DNA from: Raja brachyura
Lineage: Eukaryota
Reading direction: 5' to 3'
Assembly: GCA_963514005.1 (NCBI GenBank)
Contig: OY740809.1
Span: forward strand, 24,428,001-24,492,000
Length of the DNA: 64,000 nucleotides
A program made the position numbers and the translations under genes. Positions 23,780 to 37,440 of the stretch are shown one piece after another (position 1 is the first letter of the stretch; the number at the start of each line of letters is the position of its first letter). A model generated the notes under the pieces. That model had not been told where the DNA came from. It did no database searches and saw only the letters and a list, made by a program, of their open reading frames with translations.

Positions 23780-24849
23780 AGAAAATTGGTTGGCAGACCG
23801 GAAGCAAAGAGTAGGAGTGAACGGGTCCTTTTCAGAATGGCGGGAGTGCCGCAAGGCTCGGTGTTGGACCCAGCAACTGTTTACCATATTTATTAATTAT
23901 TTGGAAGAGGGAATTAGGAGCAACACTAGAAAGTTTGCAGATGACACAAAGCTGGGTGGCAGTGTGACCTGTGAAGAGGATGTTAGGAGGTTGCAGGGGG
24001 ACCTGGACGGGTTGAGTGAGTGGGCAGATGCATGACAGATGCAGTATAATATAGATAAATGTGAGGTTATCCACTTTGGTGGCAAAAATAAGTGGGCAGA
24101 TTATTATCTCAATGGGGTTAGGTTAGGTAAGGGGGAGGTACAGCGAGACCTGGGTGTCCTTGTACACCGGTCACTGAAAGTTGGCATGCAGGTACAGCAG
24201 GCAGTGAAGAAAGCTAATGGAATGTTGGCCTTCATAACAAGAGGATTTCAGTATAGGAGTAAAGAGGTTCTTCTGCAGTTGTATAGGACTCTGGTGAGAC
24301 CACATCTGGAGTATTGTGTACAGTTTTGGTCTCCTAATTTAAGGAAGGACATCCTTGTGATTGAGGCAGTGCAGCATAGGTTTACGAGATTGATCCCTGG
24401 GATGGCGGGACTGTCATATGAGGAAAGATTGAAAATACTAGGCTTGTATTCACTGGAGTTTAGAAGGATGAAGGACTGGACAAGCTAGATGTAGGAAAAA
24501 TGTTCCCAATGTTGGGTGAGTCCAGAACCAGAGGCCACGGTCTTAGAATAAAGGGAGGTCATTTAAGGCTGAGGTGAGAAAAAACATTTTTACCCAGAGA
24601 GTTGTGAATTTATAGAATTCCCTGCCACAGAGGGCAGTGGAGGCCAAATCACTGGATGGATTTAAGATAGAGTTGGATAGAGCTCTATGGGCTAGCGGAG
24701 TCAAGGGATATGGGGAGAAGGCAGGCATGGGTTATTGATAGCGGACGATCAGCCATGATCACAATGAATGGCAGTGCTGGCTCGAAAGGCTGAATGGCCT
24801 CCTCCTGCACCTATTTTCTATGTTTCTATGTTTCTATGTTTCTATGTTA
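23780..24849 (+). pseudogene. CR1 ORF2 RT C-terminal part and 3' UTR
   Basis: NWLADRKQRV, KFADDTKL, RDLGVLV and LVRPHLEYCVQFWSP; octamer tail. Confidence 0.93.
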
Positions 24850-25224
24850 CTTTTCAGGATCTCGGCTCGAAACATTGCCATATAAGTTCTACTATCATTC
24901 TGGTTCTTCAGCTAGATTCCAGCATCTGCTGCCTAGGTTGTCTTCTTACCTCTTGTGTATCCAAACTCACTCATGACACTGATATGGCAGTCTAAAGAAA
25001 AATAACGACCTGAAACATCACATATCCACGTTCTCCAGAAATTCTGCTTGACTCGCTGAGTTACTCCAACATTTTGTGTCTTCTTTTGTAAACCATCATC
25101 TGCAGTTCACTATTTCATAATGGTAGAAAACCAATTGAATTGGAAAGACATCAGAGAATGGCAACAAGCTTTTAAGTCAGTCAACTGCATGCTGATGGTT
25201 ATTAGTGGCCAACTGATTTCATAT

Positions 25225-25530
25225 TCATAAGCATACGTGCAGAATTAGACTTTTCAGCCCATCACGTCTACTCCTCCATTCAATCATGGTTCATCTATCT
25301 TTCCCTCTCAACCCCATTCTATTGCCTTCTCTCCATGATCTTTGACACCCTTACTAATCAAGAGACCTGTCAATCTCCACTTTATCCACAATATCCATTA
25401 ACCTGACCTCCACGGCCATCTATGGCAATTAATTCCACAGATTCACCACCCTCTGACTAAATAAATGTCTCCTCATCTTCTTTCTAAAGGTATATGTCCA
25501 TTTATTCCAAGGCTGTGGCCTCTTGTCCTA
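25225..25530 (-). mobile_element. CR1 3' fragment
   Basis: Reverse complement of the CR1 3' end (...aattccacagattcaccaccctctga...). Confidence 0.8.
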
Positions 25531-26019
25531 GCGTATGCACCTATTGTTACTTGGTGCCTCATATCACCCAGAGGTCAAGGGGGATGTGCAGTGTGGGCTC
25601 ATATAAATGACCATGTATGGGCCTCTATTTCTTTGGCTTGGCTTTGTGTCCTCCTGAAGTCCTGCAAATAACAGGTCTAAACGCAATCCTTACTAGCAGG
25701 TTTCCATGTACATTTTTGTAGTTGTTGTCGCACAAGTATTCTAAAAACAATTGCGTGCCAATGCCTCTTGCACCTTCACCTTCTCAACCTTGTTCACACA
25801 GCCTTTGCCCACAGTTGGTGAGGGCTCCACTTTCCCTTATGAGGGAGCCTAGAAATCTCTGAAGCGATGAAATGGGAGCAAGGACCCAAGTAATGGATCC
25901 TTGCTCTTTTTCTAATTCCACCCTACACCTGCTGGCTTTGCCTGTTCCCGCTTCATCTGGTGGCTACATTGAAAGAACAAAAGGTTGTTATTTCTCCAGC
26001 TTGCTGAAGCAGGAAAATA

Positions 26020-26290
26020 GAGTTATAGAGTCATACAGCGTGGAAACAGGCCCTTCAGCCCAACTTGTCCATGCCCACCCCATCTACACTAGTACCACCT
26101 GCCTACTTTTGGCCCATATCTTTCTAAACCTATCCTATCCATGTACCTGTCCAAATGTGTTTTAAAATGTTATGATAGTACCTGCCTCACCCACCTGCTC
26201 TGGCAGCTCATTCCATGTACCACCTACCATATTTTATGTAAAATGTTGCTCCTCAGGTTCCAATTAAATATTTCCCCCCTCAACTTAAAA
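26020..26290 (-). mobile_element. CR1 3' fragment
   Basis: Begins with the tail agagtcatacagcgtggaaacaggcccttc, shared with other copies. Confidence 0.8.
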
Positions 26291-26709
26291 GATTATGTTT
26301 AAGGTGAAATGTTGACTCTCAGCTAGGTTAGAGGTTAGTAGTGTGAAAACAAGCACACAAGCACACCTCTTGAGCTTGCCCGCTTGATGACATGCTGATA
26401 ATGTCTTTGCAGATCATTCTGAGCCAAATGAAACAATAAGGCTGTGAACAGTTTGATCTGGGGCAAAGATACTTCATCTCTTCTGCATGTTGTTAACTGT
26501 TTATTGATCATTCTGCCTTGGTTGTTGTGCAGCCAAAATTATAACCCACGTTCCTTTTTCATGTGCAAGCGTGAAATGGCATCAGATAGCAACACTTCAA
26601 TAGTGTTTTGACGTACACTCCTTTGCTGCTTACATGATCAATAAAGAAAGCTTTGTATTCAGATTTGTGCTTCCAATCAATGTTTCATTGCAAGTAAACT
26701 TTAATGTGG

Positions 26710-26835
26710 TGGAAGGAACTGCAAATGTTGGTTTAAACAGAAGATAGACACAAAAATCTGTAGTAACTCAGTGGGACGGGCAGCATCTCTGGAGAGAAGA
26801 AATGGGTGACATCTCGGGTCGAGACCCTACTTGAA
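26710..26835 (-). repeat. Penelope-derived short repeat, degenerate hammerhead
   Basis: ggaaggaactgca...gtaactcagtgggacgggcagcatctctggagag...gggtgacatctcgggtcgagaccc. Confidence 0.75.
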
Positions 26836-29214
26836 TCTGTCTTTATTCTAATCACTTGGGCTGGCCCTGTTTTGTCCTTAATTGCAAAAGTGAAAACTTA
26901 ATTAAGAGCCCAGAGAAATAAAGACAATAACAAATGATTTGAAAGCATAATTGCGACCTAAACAGAGTGGCTAATCTTAAATGGCTGAAGTGCTGTGTGG
27001 ATGCATGTGCGTTGGTGTATGGTTGTGTGTATTGGTGGAAACAGGCAGTTTTATAAAATTATTTTTTAGCTGATCACAATGTGTTCTTCCATATGAAAGC
27101 TGTTCAATCACCACCAGAATAAGCAAGCGATATTAGTCCATAGATTAACAATGGTCACAAACACATCGATAAGGAGATAACACTTGGATTTGCATATTGT
27201 CCTAACAAATAAAAATAAATACTCTGAATCAATTTGAAGTGCAATGACTGTACTGGTGGGAATTGCACATAGTTTGTGGCAAGGTCACAGCTACAAACAT
27301 AGTTTGATCTTCCTTCGCACTTTGTCTTCACCTTGTGGAAATGTTGAATAGAAGCATAGCTTCAAGCTCAGTACTGCTGCAGTTTACTCAGAATAGGCCT
27401 CCAAGTATAATCTTCGTGTAGCTGCAAACAGGCTGCAGAATTCAAAGAGTTGAAAGCGCACAATAACGTGCATGATTCTCAGTTTGCAGCAAGATGATAA
27501 AAATGGGAGAACGTGCGGAGCTAGTCACTCAGATCTGAGCAGCGCTGGTACGCATATGATTTATGTGAAACCAGGCAGCTGTATAAGCACATAGATAGCC
27601 AGAGATGAGCAAGATAAGCATGGCAGGAAATTGCCTGAGAACAATGTCGCTAATTGTCAAATTATGCTGAAAAAGTTTAACCGAGAATGCAACAAAAGTT
27701 TTTTTTTCCCAGTTGTGTGTTTGTGTACGTGTGGATAGTTTCTGATGGCCTGTTCTCTTTCTTCTCACCTTAAACTCCAGCCAGTCTGCCAGTTGCAAGC
27801 CTCGTACGTATAAATGTTTGCAGGGTATAAGCTGTTTCATTGACTTGGACCCATGTTTCTGGATGATCATTTAACATCTGATCGTTAATTGCATTTGACA
27901 AGGAATTCATATTTTCCTAGTTCTTTAATGTTCCATGAGTCATAACCTGAGTTGTTATGAGACGCATCTACATGGTCATTGAATCATATAGAAACAGACC
28001 CTTCCACTGAGCCCACACCAAACATAACCACCCATTTACACTAATGCTACATTTATCTCTATTTACATTTTTCCTATTTTTCCTAGGCTCACCTGAGATT
28101 CTACTATTCATCTTCACACTGGGGGCGATTTATAGTGGACAATTATCCTTTCAAACCCGCATGTCATTGAGATATGGGGAAGAACTGGAACAGCCAGAGG
28201 AAGCCAATGTTGGGAGAAGGTGCAAACTTCAAACAGACAGTGTCGGTCATGCTTGAGCTTTGGTCTCTGACATTGTACTGCGCCACTGTACCATCCTGAC
28301 AACATTCATGTGTAGGAAGGAACTGTAGATGCTGGTTTATACTGAAGATAAACACAAAATCCTGGAGTAACTCAGCGGGCCAGGCAGCATCTCTCAGATG
28401 AAGAATAGGAGACGTATTGGGTTGGAATGATGATTGTCAAGGATGGCACGTGAACCCTATCGGTATTCTAAAGATGTTTCTAAAGCTCTTGACGGCTGGG
28501 CACATCACACATCACCCTTTAAAACTCCATGTAGCATTGAAAACAATATGACATGCCTTACAGTTTTGAGCAAATTATTGGCAGTTGCTAATCAATGATG
28601 TTGGTTTGCTGAAGAATAGATATGTTACACATCAGAGGTGATAAAACATTAGAAAAACAACATTTTTCGCAATTTTTAGAATGTACTGGTGAGACAAAAA
28701 AACAAATGAATCATTTAGATCATAAACTGATGTGGATTCATACAGCACAGAAACAAACTCTTTAGCCCACTGAGACTTCACGAACCATCGAGAACCTATT
28801 TTATACTCATTCCATTTTATTCTTGCCACATTTCCTATTAACCTCTCCCCAGATTCTGCCACTCGCTGCACAGTTCATTGTGGTTGATTCACCTGCCAAC
28901 CCACATGTTGTTGGGATAAGGGAAGAAACTAGATAACTTAATTAATTTATTGCTAATTGGTGTTAGCTTCATTTATGATATCCGATTACCTTTAATTAGA
29001 AGTTCTATAAAGTTGCTTTCAAAAATAACAATTCTTTATAAACACTGACACCAACAAATTCAAACATCAAGTGTTAAAGGTCATGCACGTCCCACTACAG
29101 AATGGATAACTTGCTGTTGGAACTGTCTCACGCTGTTTTCTTGTGAATGATTCAGATCTGACAACTCAGAAGTTAAAACTTGATCATAAAACATTTTCTG
29201 ATTACTTGTAAAAA

Positions 29215-29410
29215 ATATTTTAAGAAAGTTATATGCTTTTGACAGCTTTTGTGTTAAGTCAATGGAAAGGCAATGGGGAACAAGATGCTAATTTCTGAGT
29301 ATGAAAATGGCCATAACTTTTTTAATACTGAAGATATGAAAGTGAATTAGGTGTCAAATTAAACTTATTTTTATGCTTTATCTGATGGGATAAATTTTGT
29401 AACATTGCTA
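29215..29410. mobile_element. Right-end fragment of the DNA transposon at 14084-15107
   Basis: Near-identical to 14870-15107 and ends TTTTGTAACATTGCTA. Confidence 0.9.
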
Positions 29411-29734
29411 TAATCCCATATCCTATAATCAATATAATCCCATAGCCTACAACTAGTTTCCTCATTAGCAACAGCAACATCACATGATCTGCAAACTTCC
29501 TAATCGACCCTTCTACAGTCAGATCCAGGTCATTAACGTTCATTGCAAATAGTAAACGTCCCAGGATTAAATTCCCGGTCCACCACCAGTTACAGATTTT
29601 CAATTACAATATATAAACCCTCCACTATCTCTCTCCCCCTTCTATTACCAAGCCAATTTACGATTCAACTTGCCAACCTGTGCTGGATTCATTGGGCTCT
29701 TACTGTTTGGTCCTGTTACTCGGGCATAGACTGG

Positions 29735-30022
29735 GGCGGCACGATGGTGCAGCGGCAAAGCTGCTGCCTTACAGCGCCAAAGACCCGGGTTCGATCCTGA
29801 CAATGGATGCTTGTCTGTACGGAGTGGGTTTTCTCTGAGATCGTTAGTTTCCTCCCACACTGCAAAGACGTACTGGTTTGTAGGTTAATTGGCTTGGTAT
29901 AACTGTAAATCCTCCCTAGTGTGTGTAGGATAGTGTTAGTGTGTGGGAATCGCTGGTTGGTGCGGACTCGGTCGGCCGAAGGGCCTGTTTCCACACTGTA
30001 TTTCTGAACTAAAAACGAAACT
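29735..30022 (+). mobile_element. tRNA-derived SINE (HE1-like)
   Basis: A box, GGTTCGATCC B box, core and tail. Confidence 0.92.
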
Positions 30023-30627
30023 ACTAATGTGTCAAAGAGTTTACTGAGACTGTATGACCTATTCCTGCTCCTATTGCTCATGTTCTTATTACTGTGCATA
30101 ATAAGATCAGAGGTACCTGCAACCCAGCCCTTTGCGGCACAACTCTTAACTCGTCAGTTGTTATGAAGGATTTGCACTCTAAATTATAGGCCTTTTCCAG
30201 GTGACAAACCCACACATTTTTTTGCAGATCAGCATACAATGAAGAATTGGTACCAGTGGATGCCAGTGAGGTCTGGGCTGAATAGACTGCTTCCAGTCAA
30301 TACAAAGATATGTACAGTTCTCTGCAAGCAACAGTAGATGTACCAGAAAGTGGGTAAGGCAAACTAACCAAGGAGTTTCAGATGTGGTGAAAACCCATGC
30401 AGTCAACAAACCTACCATCTTACAGTTTCCATTGAGGATTTACTAAGAAGAAGTTAGAGGTCAGATAATGTTCGTGATATATCAGCACTGAGGTAAAGCA
30501 CTGCGGTAACATTGTCTGCAGTTATTTACATGTAACATGAAGTTGGGAAAAGGAGGTAGTTGCTTCACATGTAAATGCAGTGCTCAGAGATTCAACTTTT
30601 AGGTTAGTTTTAGTATAGCTTAGAAAT

Positions 30628-31420
30628 GTGGCATAATGGTGCAGCTGGTGGAGCTGCTGCCTCCCAGCACCAGAGACCCGGGCTCCAGAGAACTGGGTTG
30701 GATCCTGGCCTCAGGTCAGACCTGTTGCCAGGACCAGAGGATGTGAGCTATAGTTAGAGGTTGAGTAGGCTGGGACTCTATTCCTTGGAGGGCAGGAAGA
30801 TGAGGGGTGATCTTATAGAGGTGTATAAATCATGAGAGGATTAGATCGGGAAGATGCACAAGAGTAGGTGAATCGAGGACCAGAGGACATACGTTTAAGG
30901 TGAAGCAGAAAAGATTTCATAGGAATCTGAGGGGTAACTTTTTCATACAAAGGGTGGTGGGTGTATAGAACAAGATGCCAGAGGAGGTAGTTGAGGCAGG
31001 GACTATCCCAACATTTAAGAAACAGTTAGACAGGTATATGGATAGGACAGTTTTGGAGAGATATGGACCAAGTGCTGGCAGGTGGGTCGAGTGCAGCTGA
31101 GACATGTTGGCCAGTGTGGGCAAGTTGGCCGAAGGGCCTATTTCCACACTGTATCACTCTATGTCTCTAAGTCATGGGTGCTGTCTATGTGGAGTTTGCA
31201 TGTTCTCCCTGTGACTGCATGGATTTCCTCCGGCTGCTCCAGTTTCCTCTCGCATCCCAAAGAAGTGTGGGTTTGCAGGTTAATTGGTCTCTGTAAATTC
31301 CCCATAGTGCATTGGGAGCAGGAAAGTAGGATAACATGGAACTAGTGAATAGGCGATCGATGGTCAGCGTGGACTCTCTGGGCTTGTTTCCATGCTGTAA
31401 CTCTAAATTAAACTAAACTA
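30628..31420 (+). mobile_element. SINE split by a CR1 3' fragment (~30720-31168)
   Basis: SINE head at 30628-30715, then the CR1 C-terminus and 3' UTR; the SINE core resumes at GGGTGCTGTCTATGTGGAG (~31176). Confidence 0.85.
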
Positions 31421-31574
31421 CTATGTGCACAAAGTAATGTGACAGACAACAATTAACTCATTGTGGGGACAGGCAGTCATGTTGCAAACGTCGCTTTATG
31501 CATTACAGATGGAATGGTTCTTGAGGGGTTGTTTGGAACCGACAAAATGTATCCAACACTCAGACAATGCAGAG

Positions 31575-31867
31575 TGGCGTTGTGGTGTAGTGGTAGAGTT
31601 GCTGCCTTACAGACCTGGGTTCGACCCTGACTGTTGGGTGCTGTCTGCAAGGAGTTTGCGCGTTCTCCCTGTGACCACAAGGGTTTCCTTAGGGTGCTCT
31701 GGTTTCCTCCAGAACTCCAAAGATGTGCAAGTTTGTAGGTTAATTGGCTATAGATTGTCCATAATGTGTAGTATCGAACTAGTGTACAGGTGATCGCTGG
31801 TCGGCGTGGACTCGGTGGGCTGAAGGGCCTGCTTCCACGCTGTATTTTTAAACTAAACTAAACTAAA
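31575..31867 (+). mobile_element. tRNA-derived SINE (HE1-like)
   Basis: Head, core and (CTAAA)n tail. Confidence 0.9.
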
Positions 31868-32009
31868 TCTCAGAACAGTTATAGCAGCTCAAAGCTGGCT
31901 TCCATTAATCCCTGTGGACAGTGGAAGACATGTGCTCCACCAAGATCTGTAACCTCACGACTCAACATGCTCCTCATTGTTATCAAGTTAGCGGATCAAC
32001 CCTGGCCCA

Positions 32010-33060
32010 GTGAGACATAGAGAGTGCTTTCTAAGAGGAGCACCAGACATAACTAAAGATGGTGGGGTGCCAACTTAGTGAAGCCATAATACAGGACTAG
32101 GTAAATGTTAGCTGGCACAAAAAGTTGAAGAATTCACAAACATGTTCGACCAGATGTTGCTGCCTCCTGAGATCCCCAGTAGCACAGAAGCCAGTCTGTA
32201 GCAAATCAATTCACTCTGCATGATATCAGGAAATGTCTGAAGGCATTAGTTGCAGCAAAGACAACATCCCAACCACGTACTGAAGGTCTGTGTTCCAAAA
32301 TAAGCTAGCTGAGCTAATCCAGACGGAATCTAGCCAAACATGTGGAAAGCTTCTCAGGTATGTCCAGAGAAGCTGGAAAGATCCAATCTGGCTAATTGCC
32401 TTCAGATCCGTCTATCCTCAATCACCAGTATAGGAATAAAGTAATGGAAGCTGTCATTAACAGTGCTCTCCGGTTGCACTTACTCACCAGGAACCTACTC
32501 ACCAACGACCAGTTGAGAATGCTCCTGGACCATGTAGCTCCAGACTACAGTTTAGCCTTGGTCCACGAACTGAATGCTAGAGGTGAGGAGAGAGATCTTC
32601 CGGGGCATCTCAGCAGCTTTCCTGAGGGCATCAGAGGGAATACACTTCAAAGACTGAGGTCATAGCACAGCAAGATTATTGTGGAGGTCAATTACATTAG
32701 TCCCAGGCTATCATTGCAGGAGTTCCTCAGTGCATGGTTCTACCTCATAATATCTTCAGTTACTATATCATTGATCTTCCTTCAATTACCAGCATTCTAC
32801 CTGGATTACAACGCTCCAGCTTAATGGAGAGATTGGACAAACTAAGACTGCGTTCTCTGGAGTGTCGGAGGCTGAGGGGAGACCTGACAGAAGTATATAT
32901 AATTATGAAAGGCATAAATAGGGTAGACTGTCAGATCCATTTTTCCGGGGTAGAAACAGAAGACTAGAGGGCAGAGCTTTAAGGTAAGAGAGGCAAAGTT
33001 TAATTGAGATATGCAGAGCAGGTTTTATACATAGAGCAGTGGGTGCCAGGAGTTCACTGC
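32010..33060 (+). mobile_element. Highly degenerate CR1-group LINE remnants
   Basis: Residual RT-like motifs (KVMEAVINSA..HL..NLLT.DQ; GVPQ..VL) and the C-terminal ERLDKL.L.SLE.RRLRGDL.EVY.IMKG. Confidence 0.6.
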
Positions 33061-34254
33061 CAGGAAATGGAATTCCATTGAAATCAACAGAACTGAATTT
33101 CCGAGGCAGAGTACAACATAACACAGCACAATTAGTTCTGGCAATGGGGAATGAATTTTCAGGTACAAATACATAACGATGACAGTGATTCTCACAGTCT
33201 CACTGAGCACCACCAGGGACCAATCAGCAATAAATCAAAGTGATTAATGAGCCACTTTATGATGTGGTTAACGTAATTAAAAAAACTTCCCATTGAGTAT
33301 CAGTTCCAAAAAAAATTTTGTTTGAAATCGAAGATAAATCACCAGGATTTTCGGATACTGCTTCCTCTTGAGTCCATGGAAAGGAAAAATAGATTAATAT
33401 CTCAAGGGGAGCTAAGAAGCGGGCATTGTGGATTTATTCAATGCTATTGAAAATGTTAAAAGGTGTTTGAAACTCCTTTTAGTTGGCCAATTTATTTGGA
33501 AACTTAATTTAGCAGTAAAAAAAAAACAAGGCTTGTGATCAGGGATATGTTCTTCCTGAGGAAAAGGACTTTGATTAATGGCTGATGAGAATTGGGATTG
33601 AGGATTATAGAGATTTAGAGCATATGGTTGTAGGCCCTTTCATCAAGGCTTCCTGTAGATGGCCCAAACTTCCAAATTAACCCTACTGAATGGAATGGTT
33701 ATCTGACGTGATATGCCAGAGTGATTGTCCATGTTATAATCTATCATTATAACTGTGACTTATTCCTCGAGAGAAAGAATTATGAATTGAAATGTAGAAG
33801 CTTACAAATAAAATCAGAAAATATTAGGCCTGCTCAACTATTCATGTAGCATCCACAGAGAAACAGTTAACGTTTTGGTCAATAATCTTTCATTAGATCT
33901 TCGTGGAAAAATTAGAGAGCAAACAAGTTGTAAAATGCAGAGCAAAGCTGATGAAGGAATGAAAGTGGTTAAATAGAGTGATTCATCTGATCAACAAAGG
34001 TGCAAGAGGCAAAATGCTGTTCTGTATTTATCTTCCAGGAATGTCCAAATTAAGACAATTCCACTCTTCTCTCTTTCCTCCTGTTCAGAGTATCACTGAC
34101 TTGGCTTTTGTGTTCTTGACTACTCAACTAAAAGATTGCCAATGTCAAAAATCTGAACAAAAACTAGAATCCTCTGAAGATAGTCAACAGGTCAGAGAGT
34201 ATGTAGGGAAAAAACTGAGCTATCGTTTCAGGCCAATGACCTCAGGACATTTCT

Positions 34255-34562
34255 GTTTAGTTTATACAGATACAGTGCAGAAACAGGCCCTTCGGCCTAC
34301 TGGGTCCTCTCCAACCAGCGATCCCTGCACATTAACACTATCCTACACACACTAGGGACAATTTACATTTCTACCAAGCTAAATAACCTACAAACCTGTA
34401 CATCTTCGGCGTGTGGGAGGAAACCGAAGATCTCGGAGAAAACCCACGTGGTCACGGGGAGAACGTACAAACTCCATACAGACAGCACCCATAGTGGGGC
34501 TCGAACCTAGGTCTCCGACGCTGCTCGCATTGTAAGGCAGCAACTCTACCACTGCGCCATCG
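34255..34562 (-). mobile_element. tRNA-derived SINE (HE1-like)
   Basis: Reverse complement of the SINE consensus, with an extended tRNA arm. Confidence 0.9.
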
Positions 34563-35496
34563 TGTTGAAAGATCATGGACTGAAACGTTAACTATTTATC
34601 TCCACATAAATCCTGCCTGATCTGCTGGATATACCCTGCATTATCTATTTGTATTCCAACTCTGGGTAGTTGACTTGATTTTCAATATTTCTATTAATGC
34701 CAAAGTTCTTCTTCTTGGCAGTATTCTGCTTTCCGAATTCACCTTTAAAATGTTGACCACCAACCCCAACATAAGCCACGTGACTTCAATAAAGATCGAA
34801 AGTTGATGTATTGCAATGGTCTGCGTTTTATTTGAGATACAATGCACTCTTTGTCGGTCTGTGTGTAGGTTTCAGTAACTGCCAACAATAATTTGATCTA
34901 CTTTCCCTAATTATCCTCAACTGCCTGGCAAAACTGGGTGTGTGAGCAATGTTCTCAAGCGAATCGTAGCACATTGTTTTCCGTTGCCCATCCTGCCGTA
35001 TGTTCACTCATTCTGAGTATTGTGCATTGTTTTCAAACAACACTTTTGCACCTTTGCATCCGAACTAGACGAGAAAAAAAACAGATAACACATCCCTCTA
35101 ATAAAGAAACTGGGTGGAGCAATGTGTCACTCTGTCCTTTTCACCTTTTACATCTCAATTTGACCCAGACGAAAGACGTGATTATTTCCTTTCCTTCTAG
35201 CAGTTAAGTGCAGAGTTTGCGGGGCAAAATGTAGGCATCTGATTGAGATGAAATAATATAACAAACTTCAACCATATTCAATGAAAAACTCAAATAGCGG
35301 GGATTTACTTCCTATCCGATCTTACCCGGAATTATTCCATTCGTTTTTTCAAATGATCTCACTGCACTGCTGTTGAAGAGAGGGACTTGATGGGAGTGGG
35401 GAGGATGGTGGGGAGGGGTCTTTATGGAAGCTGGTGGCCTGAGCTGGTTTAGTCATGCATGGTGAGAAACGTTTTCTGATATGAGGTAAGGTAAAT

Positions 35497-35760
35497 AGTT
35501 TAGTTTAATTTGGTTTATTGTCACGTGCACTGAGGTACAGTGAAAAGCATTTGTTGCGTGCTAACCAGAGCAGAATATATGATTACAATTGAGCCATCCA
35601 TTGGTACAGCCACAGGTGCAGGTACATGATAAAGGGAATAACGTTTAGTTCAAGATAAAGTCCAGTAAAGTTCAATTAAAAATAGTCCGACGGTCCCCAG
35701 GTAGATAGTTAGTAGCTCGTGACCACTCTCTAGTTGTTGATGGAATGGTTCAGTTGCCTA
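35497..35760 (-). mobile_element. LINE-derived 3'-end repeat (GACAATAAA plus (CTAAA)n tail family)
   Basis: tttattgtcacgtg.ac.gaggtacagtgaaaagc; related copies at 61040-61148 (+) and 61735-61912 (-). Confidence 0.7.
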
Positions 35761-35854
35761 CGCTCTGCTAAAGATGGCTTCTAACTGCAACTGGGCCATA
35801 AGCTAGTGGATTTATTTGTAAGCAATAGTAAAGTCAAGTATTTTAAATAATAAA

Positions 35855-36107
35855 TGGTGGTGTAGCGGTGGAGCTACTGCCTTACAGCGCCAGAGATCCG
35901 GGTTCGATCCTGACTACGGGTGCTTGTCTGTACGGATTTGTACGTTCTCCACATGACCTGTGTGGCTTTTCTCTGAGATCTTTGATTTCCTCCCATGCTC
36001 CAAAGACTCTATCCTATGTGCAGGATAATGTTAGTGTGTGGGATCGCTGGTCGATGCGGACTCGGTGGCCACTTTCCGTGCTGTATCTCTAAACTAAACT
36101 AAACTAA
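35855..36107 (+). mobile_element. tRNA-derived SINE (HE1-like), internally deleted
   Basis: A and B boxes and tail present. Confidence 0.9.
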
Positions 36108-36111
36108 ATAC

Positions 36112-36320
36112 ACAGGAAACTGCAGATGTTGGAATATTGATCAAAACACAAGGAACTGGCGGAACTCAACTGGTCAGGCAGGATCTGTGGTTGGAATGGG
36201 CAGGGGACGTTTCAGGCCGGGGCATTTCTTCAGAAAAGTGTCCCTACCCAAAACATCGCCTGCCAATTCCCTCCACAGATGCTGCCTGGCCTGCTGAATT
36301 CCTTCTGATCTTTGTGGTGT
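36112..36320. repeat. Palindromic Penelope-derived repeat with intact hammerhead core on the minus strand (36206-36233)
   Basis: Minus strand reads CUGAAGA-AAU-GCC-CC-GGC-CU-GAAA-CG-UC; the plus-strand arm follows immediately in inverted orientation. Confidence 0.75.
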
Positions 36321-37074
36321 GATTTTAAAATATTAAATGTTTGGTCAAGAAAACCCCTTGTTACTTCAAAATGACGATGGTGTTCCTCGTGAATCAGACT
36401 GTGCTGTTGAATTTCGTCTGTCTTAGGTTGGGATTTTTAACCAGTCTTCTCCACACCCCTCCATTCCAAAAGGTGCCATTTCATGCCAGGATAAACTTCC
36501 CCAAACATCTCTCTAGTGAAGCCAACGTTTTCCTCTGTAACAAAGATTGCTCAAGGAACGGGGAATTTGGTTAATCTATCCTTCTTCTAGTCCATGGTGG
36601 CTGAGGAGAGATAACTCAGAATAAAACTAAACTTGGATTTGTAACACATTTCTATATGATTTGGAAAGATGCTTGCTTTTCTTCTTGATAGACCAGAGAG
36701 GCAGCTCAATTTAAGTGATATTAATAACGTTGATATTAACATTAGTAATATCTGTGAGTTCGTCTTGAAGGGTTGCTGTCAAATAATAAATTTGGCAGAT
36801 CCTTAAAGCACAACTCATTGATTTTATTAATAAATATTATTCCTCACATAGAATGAGCAGAAATGTTTGTTTGTCACTTTATTTAGCATTTTTCATGATT
36901 TCAAGATGGCCTGAAGCTCCACACAAATGAAGTGCATTCAGAGCACAGTCAGTGTTGTAATGTGGAAAATGCAGCACCTGACTTGTGGACAGCAAAGTCC
37001 CGCAAACAGCCTTGTGATGCCAATCAGATGGTTGGCTTCAGCAATATTGCTTGAAAGATTATAATTGGTTATAA

Positions 37075-37440
37075 TCATAGTCACAGAGTCATACAGTGTG
37101 GAAACAGACCCTTCAGCCCAACCTGCCCACACCAACCACCATGTCGCACCTACACTCATCCCACTTGCCTGTATTTGGCCCATACACCCCTAAACCTGTC
37201 CTATCCATGTACCTATCCAATTGCTTCTTAAACAATGCGATAGTCCCTGCCTCAGCTACCTCCTCCAGCAGGTCCTTACGTACACCCACCACTCTTTGTG
37301 TGAAAAAGTTATTCCTCAGATTCCTATAAAATCATTCCCCCTTCACCTTAAACCTATGCCCTCTGGTTCTTGATTCCCCTACTTGGGCAAGAGATTCTTT
37401 ACATCTACCCGATCTATTCTTCTCATGATTTTATACACGC
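37075..37440 (-). mobile_element. CR1 3' fragment
   Basis: Reverse complement closely matches 30810-31160. Confidence 0.9.

Larger units (their letters stand above)
15241..24849 (+). mobile_element. Near full-length CR1 LINE interrupted by nested Rex1 and L1 insertions and an internal inverted duplication
   Basis: ORF1, APE, RT and a (TATGTTTC)n tail are collinear once the inserts are removed. Possible TSD CTTTTCAG (15233-15240, 24850-24857); the 5' boundary is tentative. Confidence 0.9.

Noticed and set aside
27529-27870. 113-aa minus-strand ORF with an internal AAG/GTGAGA donor-like site
   Set aside because: No recognisable protein, no convincing acceptor and no promoter context.
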